A program made the translations under genes and the position numbers. The notes beneath the pieces are model-generated. The model was not told where the DNA came from and did not search any database. It saw only the letters and a program-made list of their open reading frames with translations. A DNA stretch of 64,000 bases from the human T2T-CHM13v2.0 reference genome, Homo sapiens. Where the stretch lies: the NCBI RefSeq assembly GCF_009914755.1, contig NC_060933.1; one strand, written 5' to 3'. Shown here piece by piece: positions 14,128 through 28,599 of the stretch. Numbering within the stretch: position 1 is the first letter of the stretch; each line of letters starts with the position of its first letter.

Positions 14128-17100
14128 TTAATGGAATGTAATGGAATGGAATGGAATGCAATGGAATGGAATCAACCCAAGTGCAATCGAATGGAATCGA
14201 ATGGAATGGAATGCAATGGAATGGACTCAACTTGAATGGAATGGAAAGAATGGAATCAACACGAGTGGAATGGCATGGATTGGAATGGAATGGAATGGAA
14301 TCAACCCGAGTACAGGGGAATGGAATGGAATGGAATGCAATGGAATGGAATCATCCGTAATGGAATGGAAAGGAATGGAATGGAATGGAAAGGAATGGAA
14401 TGGAATGGAATGGAATGGAATGGAATGGAATGGAATCAACTCGATTGCAATCGAATGGAATGGAATGGAATTAACCCGAATAGAATGGAATGGAATGGAA
14501 TGGAACGGAACAGAATGGAATGGAATGGAATGGAATGGAATGGAATGGAACGGAACGGAATGGAATGGAATGGAATGGAATAGAATCAACGCGAGAGCAG
14601 GGGAATTGAATGGAATGGAATGCAATGGAATGGAATCTTCCGGAATGGAATGGAATGGAATGGAATGGAATGAAATGCAATGGATTCAACTCGATTGCAA
14701 TGGAATGGAATAGAATGGAATGGAATGGAATGGAATGGAATTAATCCGAATAGAATGGAATTGAATGGAATGGAACGGAATGGAACGGAATGGAATGGAA
14801 TGGAATGGAATGGTATGGAATGGAATGGAATGGTACGGAATAGAATGGAATGGAACGAATTGTAATGGAATGGAATTGAATTGAATGGAATGGAATGGAA
14901 TGGAATCAACGCGAGAGCTGGGGAATGTAATGGAACGGAATGCAATGGAATGGAATCATCCGGAATGGAATGGAATGGAATGGAATCAACCCGAGTGCAA
15001 TGGAATGGAGTGGAATGGAATGGAATGGAATGGAACAACCCGAATGGAATGGAATGTAATGGAGAGTAAGGGAGTTGAATAGAATCAATCCGAATGTAAT
15101 GGAATGGAATGCAACGGAATGGAATGGTATGGAATGCAATGGAATGGAATCAACCCGAGTACAATGGAATGGAATGGAATGGAATGGAATGGAATGGAAT
15201 GGAATGGAATGGAATGGAATGGAATGGAATTGAATGGAATGGAATGGAATGGAATGCCTTCAAACCGAATGGAATGGAAAGGAGTGGAATCAACACGAGT
15301 GGAATGGAATGGAATGGAATGGAATGGAATGGAATGGAATGATACGGAATAGAATGTAATGGAACGAAATGGAATGGAATGGAATGGAATGGAATGGAAT
15401 GGAATGGAATCGTTCCGAGTGGAATAGGAGGGAATGTATTCGAGTGTAATGGAAAGGAATGGAATCAACAAGAGTGGAATGGAAGGGAATGGAATGGAAG
15501 GGAAACTAATAGAATGGAATCAACCCGAGTGGAATGGAATGGAAAGGACTGGAAGGGAATGGAATGGAATGGAATCAACTCGATTGTAATGGAATGGAAT
15601 GGAATGGAATTGAATGGAATGGAATTAACCCGAATACAATGGAATGGAATGGAATGGAACGCAATGGAGTGGAATGGAATGGATTCAACCCGAGTGCAGG
15701 GGATTGGAATGGAATGGAATGCAATGGAATGGAATCATCCGGAATGGAATGGAATGGAATGGAATGGAATGGAATGGAATCTACCCGACTGCAGGGGAAT
15801 GGAATGGAATGGAATGCAATGGAATGGATTCAACTTGAATGGAATGGAAAGAATGGAATCAACACGAGTGGAATGACATGGATTGGAATGGAATGGAATG
15901 GAATGGAATCAACCCGAGTACAGGGTAATGGAATGGAATGGAATGCAATGGAATGGAATCATCCGTAATGGAATGGAAAGGAATGGAATGGAATGGAATG
16001 GAATGGAATCGAATGGAATCAACTCGATTGCAATCGAATGGAATGGAATGGAACTAACCCGAATAGAATGGAATGGAATGGAATGGAACGGAAAGGAACG
16101 GAATGGAATGGATTGGCATGGAATGGAATGGAATGGAATGGAACGGAAAGGAATGGAATTGAATGGAATGGAATCCATCTGAGTGCAGGGGAATGGAATG
16201 GAATGGAATGCAATGGAATGGAATCTTCCGGAATGGAATGGAATGGAATGGAATGGAATGGAATGAAATGGAATGGAATGGAATAAACCCGAGTGCAATG
16301 GAATGGAGTGGAATGGAATGGATTGGAATGGAAAAACCCGAATGGAATGGAATGTAATGGAGAGTAAGGGAGTTGAATAGAATCAATCCGAATGTAATGG
16401 AATGGAATGGAACGGAATGGAATGGAATGGAATGGAATGGAATGCAATGGAATGGAATCAACCCGAGTGCAATGGAATGGAGAGGAATGGAATGGAGTGG
16501 AATGGAAACTACCCCAATGGAATGGAATGGAATGGAGTGTAAGGGAATTGAATATAATCAATCCGAATGTAATGGAATGGAATGGTACGGAATGGAATGG
16601 AATGGAATGGAATGGAATGGAATTCAATGGAATGGAATCAACCCGAGTGCAATCGAATGGAATCGAATGGAATGGAATGCAATGGAATGGATTCAACTTG
16701 AATGGAATGGAAAGAATGGAATCAACACGAGTGGAATGGCATGGATTGGAATGGAATGGAATGGAATCAACCCGAGTACAGGGGAATGGAATGGAATGGA
16801 ATGCAATGGAATGGAATCATCCGTAATGGAATGGAAAGGAATGGAATGGAATGGAATGGAATGGAATGGAATGTAATAGAATGGACTCAACTCGATTGCA
16901 ATCGAATGGAATGGAATGGAATTAACCCGAATAGAATGGAATTGAATAGAATGGAATGGAACCGAACGGAATGGCATGGAATGGAATGGAATGCAACGGA
17001 ACGGAATGGAATGGAATGGAATGGAATGGAATGGAATGGAATGGAATCAACGCGAGTGCAGGGGAATGGAATGGAATGGAATGCAATGGAATGGAATCTT

Positions 17101-20100
17101 CCGGAATGGAATGGAATGAAATGGAATGGAATGAAATGCAATGGATTCAACTCGATTGCAATGGAATGGAATAGAATGGAATGGAATGGAATGGAATGGA
17201 ATTAACCCAAATAGAATGGAATGGAATGGAATGGAACGGAATGGAACGGAATGGAATGGAATGGAATGGAATGCAATGGAATCAACGCGAGTGCAGGGGA
17301 ATGTAATGGAACGGAATGCAATGGAATGGAATCATCCGGAATGGAATGGAATGGAATGGAATGGAATGGGATGGAATGGATTAAACCCGAGTGCAATAGA
17401 ATGGAGTGGAATGGAAACAACCAGAATGGATTGGAATATAATGGAGTGTAAGGTAATTGAATAGAATCAATCTGAATGTAATGAAATGGAATGGAACGGA
17501 ATGGAATGGAATGGAATGGAATGGAATGGAATGGAATGGAATGCAATGGAATGGAATCAACCCGAGTACAATGGAATGGAATGGAATGGCATGGAATGGA
17601 ATGAAATGGAATGGACTGCAATGGAATGGAATCTTCCGGAATGGAATGGAATGGAATGGAATGGAATGCAATGGATTCAACTCGATTGCAATGGAATGGA
17701 ATAGAATGGAATGGAATGGAATGGAATGGAATTAAACCGAATAGAATGGAATGGAATGGAATGGAACGCAACGGAACGGAACGCAAAGGAGTGGAATGGA
17801 ATGGAATGGAATTGTATGGAATGGAATGGAATGGTACGGAATAGAATGGAATGGAAAGAATTGGAATGGAATGGAATCGAATCGAATGGAATGGAATGGA
17901 ATGGAATCAACCCGAGTGCAGGGGAATGTAATGGAACGGAATGCAATGGAATGGAATCATCCGGAATGGAATGGAATGGAATGGAATGGAATGGAATGGA
18001 ATGGAATGGAATCAACCCGAGTGCAATGGAATGGAGTGGAATGGAATGGAATGGAATGGAACAACCCGAATGGAATGGAATGTAATGGAGAGTAAGGGAG
18101 TTGAATAGAATCAATCCGAATCTAATGGAATGGAACGGAATGGAATGGAATGGAATGGAATGGAATGGAATGCAATGGAATGGAATCAACCCGAGTACAA
18201 TGGAACGGCATGTAATGTAATGTAATGTAATGGAATGGAATGGAATGGAATGGAATGGAATCAACCCGAGTGCAATGGAATGGAGAGGAATGGAATGGAA
18301 TGGAATGGAAACTACCCGAATGGAATGGAATGTAATGGAGTGTAAGGGAATTGAATAGAATCAATCCGAATGGAATGGAATGGAACGAAATGTAATGGAA
18401 TGGAATGGAATGGAATCAACCTGAGTGCAGGGGAATGGAATGGAATGGAATGCACTGGAATGGAATCATCCGGAATCGGATGGAATGGAATGCAATGGAA
18501 TGGAATGGAATGGAATCAACCCCAGTGCAATGGAATGGAGTGAAATGGAATGGAATGGAATGGAGACAACCAGAATGGATTGGAATATAATGGAGTGTAA
18601 GGGAATTGAATAGAATCAATCTGAATGTAATGAAATGGAATGGAACGGAATGGAATGGAATGGAATGGAATGGAATGGAATGGAATGCAATGGAATGGAA
18701 TCAACCCGAGAGCAATTGAATGGAATCGAATGGAATGGAATGCAATGGAATGGATTCAAATTGAATGGAATAGAAAGAATGGAATCAACACGAGTGGAAT
18801 GGCATGGATTGGAATGGAATGGAATGGAATCAACCCGAGTACAGGGGAATGGAATGGAATGGAATGCAATGGAATGGAATCATCCGTAATGGAATGGAAA
18901 GGAATGGAATGGAATGGAATGGAATGGAATGGAATGGAATGGAATCAACTCGATTGCAATCGAATTGAATGGAATGGAATTAACCCGAATAGAATGGAAT
19001 GGAATGGAATGGAACGGAACGGAATGGAATGGAATGGAACGGAATGGAATGGAACGGAACGGAACGGAACGGAATGGAATGGAATGGAATGGAATGGAAT
19101 GGAATCAACGCGAGTGCAGGGGAATGGAATGGAATGCAATGCAATGGAATGGAATCTTTCAGAATGGAATGGAATGGAATGGAATGGAATGAAATGCAAT
19201 GGATTCAACTCGATTGCAATGGAATGGAATAGAATGGAATGGAATGGAATGGAATGGAATCTACGCGAGTGCAGGGGAATGGAATGGAATGGAATGCAAT
19301 GGAATGGAATCTTCCGGAATGGAATGGAATGGAATGGAATGGAATGAAATGCAATGGATTCAACTCGATTGCAATGGAATGGAATAGAATGGAATGGAAT
19401 GGAATGGAAAGGAATTAATTCGAATAGAATGGAATGGAATGGAATGGAATGGAATGGAATAGAATGGAATGGAATGGAATCAACCCGAGTGCAATGTAAT
19501 GGAGTGGAATGGAATGGAATGGAATGGAACAACCCGAATGGAATGGAATGTAATGGAGAGTAAGGGAGTTGAATAGAATCAATCCGAATGTAATGGAATG
19601 GAACGGAATGGATTTGAATGGAATGGAATGGAATGCAATGGAATGGAATCAACCCGAGTGCAATGGAATGGAGACGAATGGAATGGAATGGAATGGAAAC
19701 TACCCGAATGGAATGGAATGGAATGGAGTGTAAGGGAATTGAATAGAATCAATCCGAATGTAATATAATGGAATGGAATGGAATGCAATGGAATGGAATG
19801 GAATGGAATGGAATGGAATCAACCCGAGTGCAATCGAATGGAATCGAATGGAATGGAATGCTATGGAATGGATTCAACTTGAATGGAATGGAAAGAATGG
19901 AATCAACACTAGTGGAATGGCATGGATTGCAATGGAATGGAATGGAATCAACCCGAGTACAGAGGAATGGAATGGAATGGAATACAATGGAATGGAATCA
20001 TCCGTAATGGAATAGAAAGGAATGGAATGGAATGGAATGGAATGGAATCAACACAATTGCAATCGAATGGAATGGAATGGAATTAACCGGAATAGAATGG

Positions 20101-20224
20101 AATGGAATGGAATGGAACGGAACGGAACGGAACGGAATGGAATGGAATGGAATGGAATGGAATGGAAAGGAACGGAAAGGAATGGAATGGAATGGAATGG
20201 AATGGAATGGAATGGAATGGAATG

Positions 20225-23200
20225 GAATCAATGCGAGTGGAGAGAAATGGAATGGAATGGAATGCAATGGAATGGAATCTTCCGGAATGGAATGGAATGG
20301 AATGGAATGGAATGAAATGCAATGGATTCAACTCGATAGCAATGGAATGGAATAGAATGGAATGGAATGGAATGGAATGGAATTAACCCGAATAGAATGG
20401 AATGGAATGGAAAAGAACGGAATGCAATGGAATGGAATGGAATGGAATGGTATGGAATGGAATGGAATGGTACGGAATAGAATGGAATGGAACGAATTGT
20501 AATGGAATGGAATTGAATGGAATGGAATGGAATGGAATGGAATCAACGCGAGTGCAGGGGAATGTAATGGAACGGAATGCAATGGAATGGAATCATCCGG
20601 AATGGAATGGAATGGAATGGAATGGAATGGAATAAACCCGAGTGCAATGGAATGTAGTGGAATGGAATGGAATGGAATGGAACAACCCGAATGGAATGGA
20701 ATGTAATGGAGAGTAAGGGAGTTGAATAGAATCAATCAGAATGTAATGGAATGGAATGCAACGGAATGGAATGGAATGGAATGGAATGGAATGGAATCAA
20801 CCCGAGTGGAATGGCATGGAATGGAATGCAATGGAATGGAATAGAATGGAATCAACTCGAGTGGAAAGGAATGGAATGGAATGGTAAGGAATGGAATGAA
20901 ATCAACTCGAGTGGAATGGAATGGAATGGAATGGATTGGAATGGATTGCAATGGAATGAAATGGAATGGAATGGAATGGAATCAATCATTCCGAGTGGAA
21001 TGGAAGGGAATGTAATTGAGTGGAAAGAAGGGAATGGAATCAACCCGATTGGAATGCAAGGCAATGGAATGGAATGGAAAGGAATGGAATGGAATCAACT
21101 CGATTGCAATGGAATGGAATGGAATGGAATGGAATGGAATGGAATAGAATTAACCGGAATAGAATGGAATGCAATGGAATGGAACGGAATGGAATGGAAT
21201 GGAAGGGAATGGAATCAACACGAGTGCAGGGGAATGGAATGGAATGGAATGCAATGGAATGGAATCATCCGGAATGGAATGGAATGGAATGCAATCAACT
21301 CCATTGCAATGGAATGGAATGGAATGGAATGGAATAGAATGGAATGGAATTAACCCGAATAGAATAGAATGCAATAGAATGGAATGGAACGGAACCCAAT
21401 GGAGTGGAATGGAATGGAATGGAATCAACCTGAGTGCAGGGGAATGGAATGGAATGGAATGCAATGGAATGGAATCATCCGGAATGGAATGGAATGGAAT
21501 GGAATGGAATCAAACCGAGTGCAATGGAATGGAGTGAAATGGAATGGAATGGAATGGAAACAACCAGAATGGATTGGAATATAATGGAGTGTAAGGGAAT
21601 TGCATAGAATCAATCTGAATGTAATGAAATGGAATGGAACGGAATTGAATGGAATGGAATGGAATCGAATGGAATGGAATGGAATGGAATCAACCGGAGT
21701 TCAATGGAATGGATTCGAATGGAATGGAATGGAGTGGAATGGATTCAACCCGAATGGAGTGGAAAGGAATGGAATCAACCCGAGTGGAATGGCATGGAAT
21801 GGAATGGAATGGAATGGAATGGAATGGAATGGAATGGTTCAGAATAGAATGGATTGGAACAAAATGGAATGGAATGGAATGGAATGGAATGGAATGGAAT
21901 GGAATAGAATGGAATGGAATCAAGTCGATTGCAATGGAATGGAATGGAATGGAATGGAACGGATTGGAATGGAATGGAATGGAATGGAATGGAATGGAAT
22001 TAAATGGAATGGAATGGAATGGAATCAACCCGATTTCAGGGGAATGGAATGGAATGGAATGCAATGGAATGGAATGGAATGGAATGGAATCAACCCGAGT
22101 GGAATGGCATGGAATGGAATGCAATGGAATGGAATGGAATGGAATCAACTCGAGTGGAAAGGAATGGAATGGAATGGAAAGGAATGGAATGAAATCAACT
22201 CGAGTGGAATGGAATGGAATGGAATGGATTGGAATGGATTGCAATGGAATGAAATGGAATGGAATGGAATGGAATGGAATGGAATGGAATGGAATGGAAT
22301 CAACCCGAGTGGAATGGCATGGAATGGAATGCAATGGAATGGAATGGAATGGAATGGAATCAACTCGAGTGGAAAGGAATGGAATAGAATGGAAAGGAAT
22401 GGAATGAAATCAACTCGAGAGGAATGGAATGGAATGGAATGGATTGGAATGGATTGCAATGGAATGAAATGGAATGGAATGGAATGGAATCAATCATTCC
22501 GAGTGGAATGGAAGGGAATATAATGGAGTGGAAAGAAGGGAATGGAATCAACCCGAGTGGAATGCAAGGCAATGGAATGGAATGGAAAGGAATGGAAACG
22601 AATCAACTCGATTGCAATGGAATGGAATGCCATGGAAATTAATGGAATGGAATGGAAAGGAATGGAATGGAATGAAATGGAATGGAATGGAATGAAATGG
22701 AATGGAATGGAATGCAATGGAATGGAATCAACCAGAGTGCAATCGAATGGAATCGAATGGAATGGAATGCAATGGAATGGATTCAACTTGAATGGAATGG
22801 AAAGAATGGAATCAACACGAGTGGAATGGCATGGATTGGAATGGAATGGAATGGAATCAACCCGAGTACAGGGGAATGGAATGGAATGGAATGCAACGGA
22901 ATGGAATAATCCGTATTGGAATGGAAAGGAATGGAATGGAATGGAATGGAATGGAAAGGAATGGAATGGAATCAACTCGATTGCAATCGAATGGAATGGA
23001 ATGGAATTAACCCGAATAGAATGGAATGTAATGGAATGGAACGGAACGGAACGGAACGGAATGGAATGGAATGGAATGGAATGGAACGGAAAGGAATGGA
23101 ATGGAATGGAATGGAATGGAATGGAATGGAATGGAATGGAATGGAATCAACGCGAGTGCAGGGGAATGGAATGTAATGGAATGCAATGGAATGGAATCTT

Positions 23201-24440
23201 CCGGAATGGAATGGAATGAAATTGAAAAAACCCGAGTGCAATGGAATGGAGTGCAATGGAATGGAATGGAATGGAACAACCCGAATGGAATCGAATGTAA
23301 TGGAGAGTAAGGGAGTTGAATAGAATCAATCCGAATGTAATGGAATGGAATGGAACGGAATGGAATGGAATGGAATGGAATGGAATGCAATGGAATGGAA
23401 TCAACCCGAGTACAATGGAATGGAATGGAATGGAAAGGAATGGAATGGAATGGAGTGGAATGGAATGGAATGGAATCAACCCGAGTGCAATGGAATGGAG
23501 TGAAATGGAATGGAATGGAATGGAAACAACCAGAATGGATTGGAATATAACGGAGTGTAAGGGAATTGAATAGAATCAATCTGAATGTAATGAAATGCAA
23601 TGGAACGGAATGTAATGTAATGGAATGGAATGGAATGGAAAGCAATGTAATGGAATCAACCCGAGTGCAATCGAATGGAATCGAATGGAATGGAATGCAA
23701 TGGAATGGATTCAACTTGAATGGAAAGTAAAGAATGGAATCAACGCGAGTGGAATGGCATGGATTGGAATGGAATGGAATGGAATCAACCCGAGTACAGG
23801 GGAATGGAATGGAATGGAATGCAATGGAATGGAATCATCCGTAATGGAATGGAAAGGAATGGAATGGAATGGAATGGAATGGAATGGAATGGAATGGAAT
23901 GGAATCAACTCGATTGCAAACGAATGGAATGGAATGGAATTAACCCGAATAGAATGGAATGGAATGGAACGGAACGGAACGCAATGGAATGGAATGGAAT
24001 TTAATGGAACGGAAAGGAATGGAATGGAATGGAATGGAATGGAATGGAATCAACTCGAGTGCAGGGGAATGGAATGGAATCAAATGGAATGGAATGGAAT
24101 GGAATGGAATCAACCCGAGTTCAGGGGAATGTAATGGAACGGAATGCAATGGAATGGAATCATCCGAAATGGAATGGAATGGAATGGAATGGAATGGAAT
24201 GAACCCGAGTGCAATGGAATGGAGTGGAATAGAATGGAATGGAATGGAACAACCCGAATGGAATGGAATGTAATGGAGAGTAAGGGAATTGAAAAGAATC
24301 AATCCGAATGGAATGGAATGGAATGGAACGGAATGGAATGGAATGGAATGGAATGGAATGGAATGCAATGGAATGGAATCAACCCGAGTACAATGGAATG
24401 GAATGGAATGGAATGGAATGGAATGGAATGCAATGGAATG
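20225..24440 (+). repeat. ~4.2-kb block duplicated at 28600-32900 (copy 1)
   Basis: ORF pairs 20328/28703 (8375), 20751/29141 and 21600/29990 (8390), 22542/30982 (8440), 23720/32170 (8450). Shared markers: CAATGCGAGT, CAATCAGAAT, GGTAAGG, CAACTCCATT, AACCCAATGG, CCGTATTGG. Confidence 0.88.
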
Positions 24441-24446
24441 GAATGG

Positions 24447-27009
24447 AATTAAACCGAATAGAATGGAATGGAATGGAATGGAATGGAACGGAACGGAATG
24501 GAATGGAATGGAATGGAATGGAATGGAATCAACCCGACTGCAGGGGAATGGAATGGAATGGAATGGAATGGAATGGAATGGAATCATCCGGAACGGAATG
24601 GAATGGAATGGAATGGAATCAACTCGATTGCAATGGAATGGAATGGAATGGAATGGAATCGAATGGAATGGAATGGAATTAACCGGAATAGAATGGAATG
24701 GAATGGAATGGAACGGAATGGAATGGAATGGAATGCAATGGAATGGAATCAACCCGAGTGCAGGGGAATGGAATGGAATGGAATGCAATGGAATGGAATC
24801 ATCCGTAATGGAATGGAAAGGAATGGAATGGAATGGAATGGAATGGAATGGAATGGAATCAACGCGAGTGCAGGGGAATGGAATGGAATGAAATGTAATG
24901 CAATGGAATGGAATGTTCCGGAATGGAATGGAATGGAATGGAATGGAATGGAATGGAATGGAATCAACCCGAGTGCAATGGAATGGAGTGGAATGGAATG
25001 GAATGGAATGGAACAACCCGAATGGAATGGAATGTAATGGAGAGTAAGGGAGTTGAATAGAATCAATCCGAATGTAATGGAATGGAATGGAACGGAATGG
25101 AATTGAATGGAATGGAATGGAATGCAATGGAATGGAATCAACCCGAGTGCAATGGAATGGAGAGGAATGGAATGGAATGGAATGGAAACTACCCGAATGG
25201 AATGGAATGTAATGGAGTGTAAGGGAATTGAATAGAATCAATCGGAATGTAATGGACTGGAATGGAACGGAATGTAATGGAATGGAATGGAATGGAATGG
25301 AATGCAATGGAATGGAATCAACCCGAGTGCAGTCGAATGGAATCGAATGGAATGGAATGCAATGGAATGGATTCAACTTGAATGGAATGGAAAGAATGGC
25401 ATCAACACGAGTGGAATGGCATGGATTGGAATGGAATGGAATGGAATCAACCCGAGTACAGGGGAATGGAATGGAATGGAATGCAATGGAATGGAATCAT
25501 CCGTAATGGAATGGAAAGGAATGGAATGGAATGGAAAGGAATGGAATGGAATGGTATGGAATGGAATGGAATGGAATGGTACGGAATAGAATGGAATGGA
25601 ACGAATTGTAATAGAATGGAATTGAATGGAATGGAATGGAATCAACGCGAGTGCAGGGGAATGTAATGGAACGGAATGCAATGGAATGGAATCATCCGGA
25701 ATGGAATGGAATGGAATGGAATGGAATGGAATGGAATGGAATGGAATGGAAAGGAATGGAATTAAACCGAATAGAATGGAATGGAATGGAACGGAACGGA
25801 ACGGAACGGAACGGAGTGGAATGGAATGGAATGGAATTGTATGGAATGGAATGGAATGGTACGGAATAGAATGGAATGGAAAGAATTGGAATGGAATGGA
25901 ATCGAATCGAATGGAATGGAATGGAATGGAATCAACACGAGTGCAGGGGAATGTAATGGAACGGAATGCAATGGAATGGAATCATCCGGAATGGAATGGA
26001 ATGGAATGGAATGGAATGGAATGGAATGGAATCAACCCGAGTGCAATGGAATGGAGTGAAATGGAATGGAATGGAATGGAACAACCCGAATGGAATGGAA
26101 TGTAATGGAGAGTAAGGGAGTTGAATAGAATCAATCCGAATGTAATGGAATGGAACGGAATGGAATGGAATGGAATGGAATGGAATGCAATGTAATGGAA
26201 TCAACCCGAGTGCAATCGAATGGAATCGAATGGAATGGAATGAAATGGAATGGATTCAACTTGAATGGAAAGTAAAGAATGGAATCAACACGAGTGGAAT
26301 GGCATGGATTGGAATGGAATGGAATGGAATCAACCCGAGTACAGGGGAATGGAATGGAATGGAATGCAATGGAATGGAATCATCCGTAATGGAATGGAAA
26401 GGAATGGAATGGAATGGAATGGAATGGAATGGAATGGAATGGAATCAACTCGATTGCAATCGAATGGAATGGAATGGAATTAACCCGAATAGAATGGAAT
26501 GGAATGGAATGGAACGGAACGGAATGGAATGGAATGGAATGGAATGGAACGGAAAGGAAGGGAATGGAATGGAATAGAATAGAATGGAATGGAATCAACG
26601 CGAGTGCAGGGGAATGGAATGGAATGGAATGGAATGCAATGGAATGGAATGTTCCGGAATGGAATGGAATGGAATGGAATGGAATGGAATGGAATGGAAT
26701 CAACCCGAGTGCAATGGAATGGAGTGGAATGGAATGGAATGGAATGGAACAACCCGAATGGAATGGAATGTAATGGAGAGTAAGGGAGTTGAATAGAATC
26801 AATCTGAATGTAATGGAATGGAATGGAACGGAATGGAATTGAATGGAATGGAATGGAATGCAATGGAATGGAATCAACCCGAGTGCAATGGAATGGAGAG
26901 GAATGGAATGGAATGGAATGGAAACTACCCGAATGGAATGGAATGTAATGGAGTGTAAGGGAATTGAATAGAATCAATCGGAATGTAATGGACTGGAATG
27001 GAACTGAAT
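24447..27009 (+). repeat. Copy 2 of 11270-14127, lacking ~315 bp
   Basis: Offset drops from 13202 (CAACGCGAGT 12441/25643) to 12887 (TTAAACCG 12875/25762). Confidence 0.83.
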
Positions 27010-28599
27010 GTAATGGAATGGAATGGAATCAACCTGAGTGCAGGGGAATGGAATGGAATGGAATGCAATGGAATGGAATCATCCGGAATGGAATGGAATG
27101 GAATGGAATGGAATGGAATCAAACCGAGTGCAATGGAATGGAGTGAAATGGAATGGAATGGAATGGAAACAACCAGAATGGATTGGAATATAATGGAGTG
27201 TAAGGGAATTGCATAGAATCAATCTGAATGTAATGAAATGGAATGGAACGGAATTGAATGGAATGGAATGGAATCGAATGGAATGGAATGGAATGGAATC
27301 AACCGGAGTTCAATGGAATGGATTCGAATGGAATGGAATGGAGTGGAATGGATTCAACCCGAATGGAGTGGAAAGGAATGGAATCAACCCGAGTGGAATG
27401 GCATGGAATGGAATGGAATGGAATGGAATGGAATGGAATGGTTCAGAATAGAATGGATTGGAACAAAATGGAATGGAATGGAATGGAATGGAATGGAATG
27501 GAATGGAATAGAATGGAATGGAATCAAGTCGATTGCAATGGAATGGAATGGAATGGAATGGAACGGATTGGAATGGAATGGAATGGAATGGAATGGAATG
27601 GAATGAAATGCAATGGATTCAACTCGATTGCAATGGAATGGAATAGAATGGAATGGAATGGAATGGAATGGAATGGAATTAACCCAAATAGAATGGAATG
27701 GAATGGAATGGAACGGAATGGAACGGAATGGAATGGAATGGAATGGAATGGAATGGAATGGTATGGAATGGAATGGAATGGTACGGAATAGAATGGAATG
27801 GAACGAATTGTAATGGAATGGAATTGAATGGAATGGAATGGAATCAACGCGAGTGCAGGGGAATGTAATGGAACGGAATGCAATGGAATGGAATCATCCG
27901 GAATGGAATGGAATGGAATGGAATGGATTAAACCCGAGTGCAATGGAATGGAGTGGAATGGAAACAACCAGAATGGATTGGAATATAATGGAGTGTAAGG
28001 TAATTGAATAGAATCAATCTGAATGTAATGAAATGGAATGGAACGGAATAGAATGGAATGGAATGGAATGGAATGGAATTAAACCGTATAGAATGGAATG
28101 GAATGGAATGGAACGGAACGGAACGGAACGGAAAGGAGTGGAATGGAATGGAATGGAATTGTATGGAATGGAATGGAATGGTACGGAATAGAATGGAATG
28201 GAAAGAATTGGAATGGAATGGAATCGAATCGAATGTAATGGAATGGAATGGAATCAACCCGAGTGCAGGGGAATGTAATGGAACGGAATGCAATGGAATC
28301 GAATCATCCGGAATGGAATGGAATGGAATGGAATGGAATGGAATGGAATGGAATCAACCCGAGTGCAATGGAATGGAGTGGAATGGAATGGAATGGAATG
28401 GAACAACCCGAATGGAATGGAATGTAATGGAGAGTAAGGGAGTTGAATAGAATCAATCCGAATGTAATGGAATGGAACGGAATGGAATGGAATGGAATGG
28501 AATGGAATGGAATGCAATGGAATGGAATCAACCCGAGTACAATGGAACGGAATGTAATGTAATGTAATGGAATGGAATGGAATGGAATGGAATGGAATG

